Assembly: GCA_001818155.1 (NCBI GenBank)
Contig: MHJU01000012.1
Location: forward strand, 1 to 62,728
Length of the DNA: 62,728 nt
Reading direction: 5' to 3'
Origin: Candidatus Jacksonbacteria bacterium RIFCSPLOWO2_02_FULL_44_20
Lineage (GTDB): Bacteria > Patescibacteriota > Patescibacteriia > UBA9629
Below are positions 9,978 to 19,594 of this stretch, one piece after another. Under the pieces are notes generated by a model. That model worked only from the letters and a program-made list of their open reading frames with translations, had not been told where the DNA came from and ran no database searches. The stretch's first letter is position 1, and every line of letters begins with the position of its first letter. A program made the translations under genes and the position numbers.

Positions 9978-11174
9978 TCAAAATTTTTCTTCCGCATTTT
10001 TAATCGTTATCGCAATTTTCTCCGGAATCCGAGGCGCGCGGGTTACCCAAAAGGGAGAGAAGCGCACCTCTACCGCATCAATCGCTTCATTCGTTAATAA
10101 TTTTGTCTGAATCTCGTTTGCGGACAATCCAGCGAGCTCTTTTAGGTCAATTATTTTTTTTGTTGCATCAAGAGTTGTGAACCCTTCAATTTCTGTAGCG
10201 ATCTTTACTTCGTTCGTTTCCGGATTTATTTCCTGAATGGTGTAAGAAAAACTTTCGTCATTATATCCAAGCACATCCTTTCCATCAGGAAGATCTGCCT
10301 CAAAACTGGTTTTTGTCATATCTTTAACTGTTTCCTCGTCAAAATTCACTCCGTAGGCTTGGGCTGAAGCAATCACAGCAAATTGCTCTTTTTCTTCACC
10401 GATTTTTCCGTCGCTTTCAAACGTAGCGTCTCGTAAAAAAATACGATTTCGCGTTATGACAATTCCTCTCTCATTGAAATCTTGAATTGCTTTTTCAGCG
10501 AGTTTTGCGAGCGCCTCGCTATTCCCTCGTTCAAGGTCTGTTGAAGCAATTATTTTGACAATTCGCGCGCCGCCTGTAAATTGCTCCGAACTTTTTCCAT
10601 AAACAAGTTTTTGGCGTTCAAGAGAGAGCCCTGGAATAGTGAAAGTTGTTGGCGTGATATCTCCATTTTTGCCTTTTTGATCAGCTTTTACTGTAACTTC
10701 CACTGTGCCGCGCGAGGGAACAGTAACGCGATTAGTTGTCCGGAAAAGAATACCATCCGGAGTAAGGAGCCGTGTTTTTGGAACAAGAGATTGGGCAAAA
10801 GGAAGTTCGCTGATAATTGTAACAGCGCCGGTTGCGTAGTCCTCCAATTCCGCGCCTGTTCCTTCCGGGATAATTATTGCCTCAATAGAAATCGGGATAG
10901 TATGCGCAACAGCGCCATAACCTCCAGTTTCCGCGTTTTCATCGCCGTCTTTCAAAACTTTTTCGCGAAGTTTTTTAATCTCGTCTGTTTCAGCATTTTC
11001 ATCATTTGCAAATGTAATAGGAAGGATAATTTCCGTTTGCCGTGTTTTGCCTTGTTCGCGCGCTGTTATGAGAACTTCAGCGTGAGAAAGTGTGAAGTGA
11101 AGAGTGATAATCCCAAGCCCGAGCGCGGAGGCAAAGGCAAGAAGGGCAAGAAGTTTATAGATTACGAGTTTCAT
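9978..11174 (-). CDS. Membrane-anchored protein with baseplate J-like beta region
   Basis: N-terminal TM; ATGAVTI...LVPKTRLLTPDGILFRT...V.AD..G..G...FTGG pattern. Confidence 0.6.
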   Translation of the reverse strand: MKLVIYKLLALLAFASALGLGIITLHFTLSHAEVLITAREQGKTRQTEIILPITFANDENAETDEIKKLREKVLKDGDENAETGGYGAVAHTIPISIEAIIIPEGTGAELEDYATGAVTIISELPFAQSLVPKTRLLTPDGILFRTTNRVTVPSRGTVEVTVKADQKGKNGDITPTTFTIPGLSLERQKLVYGKSSEQFTGGARIVKIIASTDLERGNSEALAKLAEKAIQDFNERGIVITRNRIFLRDATFESDGKIGEEKEQFAVIASAQAYGVNFDEETVKDMTKTSFEADLPDGKDVLGYNDESFSYTIQEINPETNEVKIATEIEGFTTLDATKKIIDLKELAGLSANEIQTKLLTNEAIDAVEVRFSPFWVTRAPRIPEKIAITIKNAEEKF

Positions 11175-11176
11175 AT

Positions 11177-14100
11177 TTATTGTAAGATCACATCTATTTT
11201 TCGTTGCAATAAATCTTCCGGATGCACCTTGAAAGATGTTTTCATGATTTTAACACGGTTCCCGATAATCTGTAAATACACAGGCACGTCCCCAGGAAAC
11301 TGAACCAGCAGTTCTTTGATTTTAAGGAGCGTATCTTTTGAAACAATCGCGGGAATGCGCACTGTAAACACGGTTTCTTCCGATTTTTTTTGTTTTGTTT
11401 TTGTCATAGCCTCCAGCTTTTGTTCGTCAATCGGTTGGATCGTTTCCGCAATGAATTTCGGCTCCGTATCTTTCCACGAAAGCGAGCCTTTTATAAGAAG
11501 AATCGCGTCTTTGTGAACAATATTTTTTACGTTCTGCAAAAGTCGGGGAAATATGATCATTTCCAATTCCCCTCCGAAATCCTCTATTTTTACAAAAACC
11601 ATCGTGTCTCCTTGTTTTGTCTGAATAGATTTTATGGCGTTTACAACTCCGATGATTGTAGTTTTTGCGTTGCGTTCAGAGATCGCGAGTTCTTCCCGAT
11701 TGGTTGTGAGAATTTTAATCGGCGTTATACCGAGATTTTCCATGTACGGCTTTACATGATCAAGCGGATGAGCGCTCGCGTAAAGCCCCAGATATTCTTT
11801 TTCGTATTGAAGGATCGGATACGCCGCAGGATCAAAGAGAGGTTTGAATCGTATTTCGCGCGTAACAGGCGCGTCCCCGAATAATGACACGCGATCAGAA
11901 CTTGTATGAGTTTTTATATCGCGGGCAAAGGCAAGCATAGTTTCTATATTGTAATCAAGTGTCGCGCGGTCGCAAAATCTATCAAGCGCGCCGGCTCTGA
12001 CTAATGCCTCAAGCGATTTTTTGTTGATTGTTGTTGTGCGAATTAAAAAATCCTGAAGAGTCGCGTAAGCTCCGCGCGCCTCGCGATTTTCTATCACCTG
12101 CTCAATCACATTTGCCCCAAGATGCTTAATGGCATTTAACCCAAATCGGATGTTTTGCCCTGCCTCTGGAGCGCCGATCACTGTAAATCCGCCGAGGCTT
12201 TCGTTCACATCTGGAGGAAGAGTTAAAATATGCAAGGCGCGGCATTCTTCAATTCCTTCAGCAACTTTTTCCATGTTTCCGGATTCGCAGGTCAAAAGCG
12301 CGGCCATAAATTCTGGAGGAAAATTCGCCTTTACATAAGCGGTTTGATACGCGACGAGCGCATAAGAAGAGCCGTGCGCTTTATTGAATCCGTACGCCGC
12401 GAATGGTTCTATCAGACGCCATATTCGCTCGGCTTCGCTATCTGAAAGCGAGCTTGTTATTTTGCACCCGTCAATAAATTTATCTTTTTGCGCGGCCATT
12501 TCAGCCGGAATTTTTTTACCGATCGCTTTTCGTAACTTGTCGGCCGATTCCCAGTTGTATCCCGCAAGCGTTATCGCTGTTAAAAGCACATCATCCTGAT
12601 AAGTGATGATGCCGTAGGATTTTGCCAAAATATCTTTGAGTTTCGGATGAGGGTAGGAAACAAGCGAAGGATTATGTTTTCTCTTGATATATTCAGGAAG
12701 AGATTCAATGGGCCCAGGGCGGTAAAGAGAAATCATTGCCATAATGTCAAAAATTGTTGACGGCTCAAGTTCTTTTAGATAACGCGTCATGCCGCTTCCG
12801 GAGAGTTGAAACACGCCCATGGTTTGTCCGCGCGCGAGGAGAGTATATGTTTTCGCATCATCCAAAGGAAGGTTTTCAAGATCAATAGTAATCCCCCGTG
12901 TGCGCGAGATTATTTCGCGCGCAAGCCCGAGAATGGAAAGATTTGTGATTCCCAGCAAATCCATTTTCAGGAGCCCGACATTTTCAACAGCGTGCATTTC
13001 ATATTGTGTTGTTATGGCTCCTTGGCGCGCGTCTTTTTGAAGCGGCGTAAAATCAGTGAGTTCTCCAGGCGCTATAACAATGCCGGCCGCGTGCACGGAC
13101 GGATGCCGAACACACCCTTCCACTTTCCGCGAAAGGTCAATCACGCGCGCCACATCCTCATTTTCATCATATGCGGTTTTGAGTTCAGGGTTTTCAAGCA
13201 GGGCTCTCTCAAGCGTCATCTTGAATCCTTGAGAGCCGATCGGAATCATTTTCGCGAGTTTGTCGCAGAACGAATATGGGAGATTCAGGACGCGCCCCAT
13301 ATCGCGAACCGCCGCGCGCGCCAAAAGCGTTCCAAACGTGATAATGTGCGCGACTTTATCTGCGCCGTACTTGTCGCGCGTATACTGGATTACTTCGGCT
13401 CTCCGCGCGTCTTCAATATCAATATCAATATCCGGAGGCGATGGGCGATAAGGATTTAAGAAACGTTCAAAAGGAAGATCAAAACTCATCGGATCCGCGG
13501 TTGTGATGCCGACCGCATAAGATACAAGAGAACCGGCGGCGCTACCGCGAGTTGTTGTGATGATATTTTTTGTACGCGCAAAACTTATAATGTCCGCGAC
13601 AACTAAAAAATATGGCGCAAAGCCTTTCTTTTTAATAATCTCAAGTTCATAATTCAGCCGCTTCCTGTATTTCTCCGGCGCCTCGTCAATTGATCGCATA
13701 TTGAAGCGTCTAATAAGCCCTGTTTCCGCCTCTTTTGCAAGATACTCGTCCGGCGCCATGTTTTGCGGAATCGCCACTGTCGGGAACATCCATTTGTTCA
13801 TCGGAAGTTCCACTGAAACCATGTCTTGAACAAGGCTGGTATTTGAAACAGACTCGGGAATGTCGCGAAATTTATCCCGCATTTCATCCGGAGACGCAAA
13901 GTGAAGGTTTGAGTTTATCATTGTCAGCCTGTTCGCGTCCTCAATTTTTTTTCCGGTCTGTAGAGCAAGAAGCGCGTCCTGTGCGTACTTGTCTTCCGGG
14001 TTTATGTAGTGCACGTCGTTTGTCGCAACGAGCGGTACGCGCAGTTCCTCGCCCAGTTCTATAAGCGCATCTCTGATCGTTTTATATTCTGGCATTTCCG

Positions 14101-14626
14101 GATGATCCTGAATTTCTAAAAAATAATTTTCTTTCCCTACAATTTTTTGATATTCCAAAATCACCGCGCGCGCGGCGTCTTTCCCTTTTTCAAGAATGAC
14201 CCTCGCTAGTTCGCCGTTTGCGCAACCGGAAAGTAAAATTAGTCCTTCGGAGTGCAGAGCCAGAGATTCTTTATCAATGCGAGGTTTATAATAAAATCCT
14301 TTGAGCCAGCCGATGCTCGTTAATTTCATTAAATTTTTATAACCGGCATAAGTTTTTGCAAGGATGGTGAGATGATAGCGGGTTCGCTCGCTTTTGCTTC
14401 GCTCTTCGGAGAGCGGATATGGGGAGACATACGCTTCCATTCCAAGAATCGGTTTTACGTCGTGTTCTTTGCACGTCTTGTAAAATTCAATTGCCCCGTA
14501 CATTGCGCCGTGGTCGGTTAAGGCAAGCGCTGGCATCTTAAACTCGCGCGCCTTTTGCACAAGGTCGGAAATTTTCGGGAGTCCGTCAAGAAGCGAATAG
14601 TGGCTGTGGACGTGGAGGTGGATCAT
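11177..14626 (-). CDS. dnaE: DNA polymerase III alpha subunit
   Basis: HLHVHSHYSLLDG PHP domain, RGSAAGS, PDIDID, YGFNKAH, OB fold. Confidence 0.98.
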   Translation of the reverse strand: MIHLHVHSHYSLLDGLPKISDLVQKAREFKMPALALTDHGAMYGAIEFYKTCKEHDVKPILGMEAYVSPYPLSEERSKSERTRYHLTILAKTYAGYKNLMKLTSIGWLKGFYYKPRIDKESLALHSEGLILLSGCANGELARVILEKGKDAARAVILEYQKIVGKENYFLEIQDHPEMPEYKTIRDALIELGEELRVPLVATNDVHYINPEDKYAQDALLALQTGKKIEDANRLTMINSNLHFASPDEMRDKFRDIPESVSNTSLVQDMVSVELPMNKWMFPTVAIPQNMAPDEYLAKEAETGLIRRFNMRSIDEAPEKYRKRLNYELEIIKKKGFAPYFLVVADIISFARTKNIITTTRGSAAGSLVSYAVGITTADPMSFDLPFERFLNPYRPSPPDIDIDIEDARRAEVIQYTRDKYGADKVAHIITFGTLLARAAVRDMGRVLNLPYSFCDKLAKMIPIGSQGFKMTLERALLENPELKTAYDENEDVARVIDLSRKVEGCVRHPSVHAAGIVIAPGELTDFTPLQKDARQGAITTQYEMHAVENVGLLKMDLLGITNLSILGLAREIISRTRGITIDLENLPLDDAKTYTLLARGQTMGVFQLSGSGMTRYLKELEPSTIFDIMAMISLYRPGPIESLPEYIKRKHNPSLVSYPHPKLKDILAKSYGIITYQDDVLLTAITLAGYNWESADKLRKAIGKKIPAEMAAQKDKFIDGCKITSSLSDSEAERIWRLIEPFAAYGFNKAHGSSYALVAYQTAYVKANFPPEFMAALLTCESGNMEKVAEGIEECRALHILTLPPDVNESLGGFTVIGAPEAGQNIRFGLNAIKHLGANVIEQVIENREARGAYATLQDFLIRTTTINKKSLEALVRAGALDRFCDRATLDYNIETMLAFARDIKTHTSSDRVSLFGDAPVTREIRFKPLFDPAAYPILQYEKEYLGLYASAHPLDHVKPYMENLGITPIKILTTNREELAISERNAKTTIIGVVNAIKSIQTKQGDTMVFVKIEDFGGELEMIIFPRLLQNVKNIVHKDAILLIKGSLSWKDTEPKFIAETIQPIDEQKLEAMTKTKQKKSEETVFTVRIPAIVSKDTLLKIKELLVQFPGDVPVYLQIIGNRVKIMKTSFKVHPEDLLQRKIDVILQ

Positions 14627-14634
14627 GAAGGTTC

Positions 14635-14664
14635 TCCGCTAAAGGCGGATCCGCCTCTGGCGGA
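14635..14664. repeat. 30-bp double palindrome TCCGCTAAAGGCGGA-TCCGCCTCTGGCGGA
   Basis: Each half is a TCCGC-N5-GCGGA hairpin; the whole is palindromic with two G-U-compatible mismatches. Confidence 0.85.
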
Positions 14665-14724
14665 AAAGTTAAAGGTTAAAAGTTTAAAGTTGCAGTTAAA
14701 AATTGATGATTTGCCATAAATTTT

Positions 14725-15540
14725 TTAGATAACCTTGCTAGAAAATAAATCAGCCGGGATCTCTTTAATTCTTTTTTTCGCAAGGTCGCAATACTCTTTA
14801 CTTATATCAATCCCGATATAATTTCTATCTAATTTTTTTGCTCCAACACAAGTAGTGCCGCTTCCACACATTGGGTCTAATACTACATCACTCTTATTTG
14901 TCCAAGATAAGATATGATCCTCCACAAGTTTTATGGGGAATGGGGCTGGGTGTTCTTTCGCTGGTTGGTCCTCTTTATTTTTTCCGACGACATATTCCCA
15001 TACATTCCCTTTGATTTTTTTATCTTTAACCGGCTTTGCCATTTTTTTTCTAGTTTGAATATCTTTTGAATAATTTTTATAAGTAGTCCCATTCAACTGT
15101 AACCCTGCATGAAGACAATCAACCATGATGGGATTATGAACTTTTGTTAGTTCTTTACTGAAAACAAACATATATTCAAACTCATTAGTATATCGTTTTC
15201 TATAAACTTGCGGAATAGGATTTCTCTTTTTAAAAATCATTGTATCGTGTAGGTTAAAGCCAGCTTCTTTGAAAAAAAGGGCTTGCTGAAAACTCGTTCC
15301 TGTTTCGCTACCATCAATTGTCGCGTCTCCAATGACCCAAACAACAATTCCTCCTTTTCTGATGACGCGAAACAACTCTTTGACAATCCCTTCAAAATTA
15401 AATTTATAGCCGTTATAAGCTCTTAAATTGTCGTAGGGGGGCGAAGTTACAACTAAATCAACACTTCCGTTTTCGAAGTTTTTAAGTACATCAAGACAAT
15501 CACCCTGTATAATTTTGTTTAGATAATCTTTTGTACTCAT
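14725..15540 (-). CDS. Beta-class amino (N4C/N6A) DNA methyltransferase
   Basis: VTSPPY motif IV precedes HPAPFP and VLDPMCGSGTT motif I. Confidence 0.93.
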   Translation of the reverse strand: MSTKDYLNKIIQGDCLDVLKNFENGSVDLVVTSPPYDNLRAYNGYKFNFEGIVKELFRVIRKGGIVVWVIGDATIDGSETGTSFQQALFFKEAGFNLHDTMIFKKRNPIPQVYRKRYTNEFEYMFVFSKELTKVHNPIMVDCLHAGLQLNGTTYKNYSKDIQTRKKMAKPVKDKKIKGNVWEYVVGKNKEDQPAKEHPAPFPIKLVEDHILSWTNKSDVVLDPMCGSGTTCVGAKKLDRNYIGIDISKEYCDLAKKRIKEIPADLFSSKVI

Positions 15541-15546
15541 AACGAA

Positions 15547-16425
15547 CTAAATTATATTTACCCTTTCAATTGCCTTTTTGATGGTTTCTATTTTTTGTTC
15601 AATTTTTTGTGCCTTGATTAACAATTTTATAGCTTGCTCTCGGTTGAGTTTCTTAAACTCTTCAATTTTTGATGTCCAATAATTAATACCCTCTTGACCC
15701 ACCTCTTTTGTTTTACCTATTTCTTGTTCTTTATACTTTTTTAAAATACCAAGTGGTTGTTTTGTAATTTCACAAATCAAAGTATCAATCGCGTGCCAAT
15801 AAGTTGTCCCTCTTTTTTGGTCCGCGGCTTTATAATTTTTCTTAACACATGCCGATGTCTTCCAAAGTTTTTCTAAATCACCTTTTATGCCTTTATCAAT
15901 CAAAAATTGAAGGTGGACATAAGAAAGAAGCGTTACATTCTGCTCAATTGCTTGGTGGTAAATTTGACTTCTATCTGCTGGATATTGTGATAATGGAGAA
16001 ACTAAAAGCGCGTAAGTATCTTGTCTTCGCCAATCATCAAGGGCTTTAACCTTAAAATCTTTTTGGTTCTTTGCAGTCCTGCTTAAACGAAAACATTTAG
16101 CATCACTAACTAGCGTATAGTTTTTTGCCTTTGAATATACATCCGCAGAATTTCCCCTCGTTCTTAATACTTCCGACTTTAGCCCCAAAAGTTCTAATGA
16201 TTTAGCCAAAATTATATCTGAAAATTTTGACCATAGTTTTTCTTCCGAACTATCATGCTCAAAAACTTCTGGCATGATACCAACTTGTATTAGTTCTGCG
16301 ATTAAAGTTTCCTTTTTTATTGGTTGATATTTTTTCTCAATCAATTCGAAAGAATTGCTTTTGTTGCTAAACTGAAAAATATCGTCAATTATTTGTTTGC
16401 GAAAAGATTTTTTCATACGTTGCAT
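15547..16425 (-). CDS. HindIII-family type II restriction endonuclease
   Basis: RGNSADV...DAKCFRLSRTAKNQKDFKV, recognised as the HindIII-family signature; adjacent MTase. Confidence 0.88.
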   Translation of the reverse strand: MQRMKKSFRKQIIDDIFQFSNKSNSFELIEKKYQPIKKETLIAELIQVGIMPEVFEHDSSEEKLWSKFSDIILAKSLELLGLKSEVLRTRGNSADVYSKAKNYTLVSDAKCFRLSRTAKNQKDFKVKALDDWRRQDTYALLVSPLSQYPADRSQIYHQAIEQNVTLLSYVHLQFLIDKGIKGDLEKLWKTSACVKKNYKAADQKRGTTYWHAIDTLICEITKQPLGILKKYKEQEIGKTKEVGQEGINYWTSKIEEFKKLNREQAIKLLIKAQKIEQKIETIKKAIERVNII

Positions 16426-16434
16426 TTTGAACTT

Positions 16435-16731
16435 TCAACTTGGTTTTATTTTTGTTTTACGCTTTTTTTTCCTCGCTCTCGCATACTCCACCACCTCAAT
16501 AATCGCCTTACTTATTGCGGTTGCGGTTGTCGCGGTGGCTGAAGTTTTGTCTTTGAATCGGTCAACGACTTTTGTGAACATTTCAAAACGTTCTTTAACC
16601 GCTTTTGTGATGAGCCGCACGTCCCGTAGCGAACAGATTGCGTAATACAGAAGGAGAGAGAGGAGCGTTGCGAGCACGGCGCTTGAGATCGCAAGCGAGA
16701 GAAATAGAATGTCTTTTGTGGTGATTGGCAT
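16435..16731 (-). CDS. Hypothetical single-TM protein
   Basis: N-terminal hydrophobic helix, basic C-terminus; start placed at ATG 16731. Confidence 0.65.
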   Translation of the reverse strand: MPITTKDILFLSLAISSAVLATLLSLLLYYAICSLRDVRLITKAVKERFEMFTKVVDRFKDKTSATATTATAISKAIIEVVEYARARKKKRKTKIKPS

Positions 16732-16734
16732 AAA

Positions 16735-16830
16735 TAATTCAAAATTCAAAATCTAAAATTCAAAATCTGAACTTTTACTAACTTTGAATCTTAATTTTGC
16801 ATTTTTAATTCTGCATTTTGAATTTTATTC
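16735..16830. repeat. 7-nt-period degenerate repeats in inverted arrangement
   Basis: AAAATTC/AAAATCT units followed by TTTGCAT/TTTTAAT/TTTGAAT units. Confidence 0.8.
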
Positions 16831-16881
16831 TACCACACCTTCACCTCTTTTTTCAACTGTGTTACTATAATCGCTATACTT

Positions 16882-17709
16882 ATGGGAGATCAATTAAGCG
16901 ACAGACAACTTGCTATTGCATCATGGATGTATGAACGCCGTCTCGTTTTGGAACGAATTGTTCGCGTTTTCTTGGGCGTTTGCATGTTCGGGCTTTTTGG
17001 CGCGATCGTCGTAAATACCGTTTTGTATATAAGCTCGTATCAGGCGCATCGCATACAAATCCTGTCAGGAACACAGAATGCGATTCTATCAGGCGATCCC
17101 GCGCTTTTAGCCTCTCCCCGCTCACTCACGGCTTCAGAAATTACTGCTATCATAAGAGGGGAGCGGAGCGCAGATTTATATAGTTCAATTAACAATCCAA
17201 ACGCATCGTGGGCAGTTTTTTCAGTTCGTTATTATTTTTCAAGCCGCGGCGCGCCAATTACAGAGCCGCGCGAAACTTTTGCGCTTCCTGGTGAAAATTC
17301 GGTTGTTGGTTTTGCAAATGGCGCAGAGTTTTCAGCGCCTTTTGAGCTTATTCTTGAAGACATAAAATGGCGTAAAATTATTTTGCCGATTGAGCGCGAG
17401 CGCCTTAAACTTTTTTCCATTGAATCGCGCGATGTCGTATTCACGCCAGGCGATATTGAATCAGCGTCTTCATCAGTTCTAGCAACGCTTGTGAACAAAA
17501 GTCCGTTTGGATTTTGGAACGCGCCTATTACAGCGATTCTCTATAATAACAATTCGCTTGTCGGCATCGGGGAATACACGCTTTCACAATTTGCCGCTGG
17601 CGAGGAACGGGCTGTTTTGATTGGAGTCGGAAACATCAGATTTCCAGTAACAAATGTAGAGATTGTTCCGCGCGTGAACATGCTTGATGACGGTTCGCTA
17701 ATGCTATGA
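16882..17709 (+). CDS. Hypothetical membrane-anchored beta-rich protein
   Basis: One TM segment, then a beta-sandwich-like region; overlaps rodA start. Confidence 0.7.
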   Translation: MGDQLSDRQLAIASWMYERRLVLERIVRVFLGVCMFGLFGAIVVNTVLYISSYQAHRIQILSGTQNAILSGDPALLASPRSLTASEITAIIRGERSADLYSSINNPNASWAVFSVRYYFSSRGAPITEPRETFALPGENSVVGFANGAEFSAPFELILEDIKWRKIILPIERERLKLFSIESRDVVFTPGDIESASSSVLATLVNKSPFGFWNAPITAILYNNNSLVGIGEYTLSQFAAGEERAVLIGVGNIRFPVTNVEIVPRVNMLDDGSLML

Positions 17710-18806
17710 AACTTTCAGTTTACAGCCGTTTCCGCAATTTTGATTGGGGAATACTTATTTCCGGCATTTTTTTAATTCTCATCGGTTGCGCTACGCTTTA
17801 TAGTTTAGAACTTAATAATGAAAATCCTGATTTTTCCCTGCTTCTTCGTCAAGGAGCGGCCTCGGTTCTAGGGATTTTTTTATTAATAGCCGCGCTTTTT
17901 ACTGATTTTCGCCACTTAAAAAGTTATGCTTATATTCTATATCTTCTCGGGCTTACCATGCTTGCATCACTGCTTGTTTTTGGAGTTACAATTCACGGCA
18001 CACGAGGATGGTTTGCTCTTGCAGGAATCACGTTTCAGCCGGTTGAGTTATTCAAAATATTTTTTATCATCGCGCTCGCGAGATTTTTTTCCAGTATACG
18101 AACGATTAACGATCCGATGAATTTGCTAAAATTAATATTATTTTTGATCGCGCCGGCGATTCTCATTCTTCTTCAGCCGGATCTCGGCACGCTGATTATT
18201 TTAGTTGCGATTTTTGCCGGGTACCTTTTTACGGCAAAACTGAAACGAGTATTTATTTTATTTTTTATTTTTATAACACTTCTCGGAGTAATTGCTTCAT
18301 GGCAGTTTCTCGCGCCGTACCAAAAAGATCGCATCAGCAGTTTTTTCAATCCGGACATGAACACGAAAGGCAGCGCTTATAATATTACGCAGTCCAAAAT
18401 CGCGATTGGCTCCGGGCGCATGTTCGGGCGAGGGCTTGGGCTTGGAACCCAGAGCTCGCTTCATTTTCTTCCAGAAGAGGAAACAGATTTTATTTTTGCG
18501 GTCATTTCTGAATCCCTTGGTTTTGTAGGCGGAGGACTGCTTATTTTGTTGTATACTTTTCTTCTTTCAAGAATTATTTCGCTTGCAAATCGTCTAGACG
18601 ATCCCTTTGGCTCTCTTATCGCTCTTGGCGTATTTTTTTGGTTTGCTTTTCAGGGATTTGCGAATATCGCCATGAATATAGGACTCCTGCCTATATTTGG
18701 GGTTCCGTTGCCTTTTGTAAGCTACGGCGGAAGTTCTCTTCTTGTAAGTATTTTTGCGATTGGCGTTTTAGAGAGCGCCGCGCTTTTTTCTCCTAGAAAG
18801 AGTTAG
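17706..18806 (+). CDS. rodA: SEDS family rod shape-determining protein
   Basis: FQPVELFK, LQPDLGT, QSKIAIGSG, TDFIFAV, GVPLPFVSYGGSS. Confidence 0.9.
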   Translation: MKLSVYSRFRNFDWGILISGIFLILIGCATLYSLELNNENPDFSLLLRQGAASVLGIFLLIAALFTDFRHLKSYAYILYLLGLTMLASLLVFGVTIHGTRGWFALAGITFQPVELFKIFFIIALARFFSSIRTINDPMNLLKLILFLIAPAILILLQPDLGTLIILVAIFAGYLFTAKLKRVFILFFIFITLLGVIASWQFLAPYQKDRISSFFNPDMNTKGSAYNITQSKIAIGSGRMFGRGLGLGTQSSLHFLPEEETDFIFAVISESLGFVGGGLLILLYTFLLSRIISLANRLDDPFGSLIALGVFFWFAFQGFANIAMNIGLLPIFGVPLPFVSYGGSSLLVSIFAIGVLESAALFSPRKS

Positions 18807-18862
18807 CGCGCTAGGAGATCAGTTTTCTTGACATTCCACAATAATATGCTAGCTTGATTGTA

Positions 18863-19543
18863 ATGTTACAAGCAGAAATTAGACAATCAAAAAGAGGACT
18901 TGGCGCATATCGTAGAGAAGGAAAGATTCCGGCGGTTGTGTACGGTCACGGCATTCAGTCCGTGTCAGTTCTTATAGACAAACAAGAGTTTCTGAAACAC
19001 TTAAGAGCCGAAGGGAAAGGATCTCTTTTGGACCTGAAAATCGCGAGTGATGAGCCGGTAAAGGTTATTCTGCAAGACTTGCAGAAACACACTCTTACGC
19101 AAGAGTATCTGCATTTGGATTTTTATCGCATTCGCATGGATGAAAAAATGCGCGTCAAAGTGTTGCTTATTTTTACAGGAGAGGCGCCGGCGGTTAAAAC
19201 TGGAGGCGTGCTTGTGAAAGCTAAGGATCATGTTGAAATTGAATGTCTGCCAAAAGATTTGATCTCCAGCATTGCTGTTGATTTATCTTCTTTATCAGAA
19301 TTGCGCGCTTCTATTAAAGTGCGCGATCTCTCTGTAGGTTCAGGCATTTCTATCATCGGCAATCCGGACGATATCATTGTAACGATTGCGGAAATAAAAG
19401 AAGACATTGAAGACGCCGCGCTTGCGGCGCAAAAAGAAAAAGAACAGCTTGAAAAATTAAAAGCAGAGCCGGAAGAGAAGAAAGATGCTGAAGAGGGAAA
19501 AGAAAAGGATAAAGCCAAAGATAAAGCAAAGGAAAAGAAATAG
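18863..19543 (+). CDS. rplY: 50S ribosomal protein bL25 (long CTC form)
   Basis: RREGKIPAVVYG, HLDFY, beta domain, acidic/Lys tail; ATG 18863. Confidence 0.93.
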   Translation: MLQAEIRQSKRGLGAYRREGKIPAVVYGHGIQSVSVLIDKQEFLKHLRAEGKGSLLDLKIASDEPVKVILQDLQKHTLTQEYLHLDFYRIRMDEKMRVKVLLIFTGEAPAVKTGGVLVKAKDHVEIECLPKDLISSIAVDLSSLSELRASIKVRDLSVGSGISIIGNPDDIIVTIAEIKEDIEDAALAAQKEKEQLEKLKAEPEEKKDAEEGKEKDKAKDKAKEKK

Positions 19544-19552
19544 AGAAATTAT

Positions 19553-19594
19553 AAATCCCGACCTACCTATCGGCAGATAGGTTTATCGGGATTT
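19553..19594. terminator. Composite hairpin between convergent rplY and prmC
   Basis: AAATCCCGA...TCGGGATTT arms enclosing CCTACCTATCGGCAGATAGG; T-run follows on the + strand. Confidence 0.7.

Noticed and set aside
10581-14064. Long plus-strand ORFs (240, 217, 164 aa)
   Set aside because: Antisense to dnaE and the 9978 gene, with no recognisable motifs.
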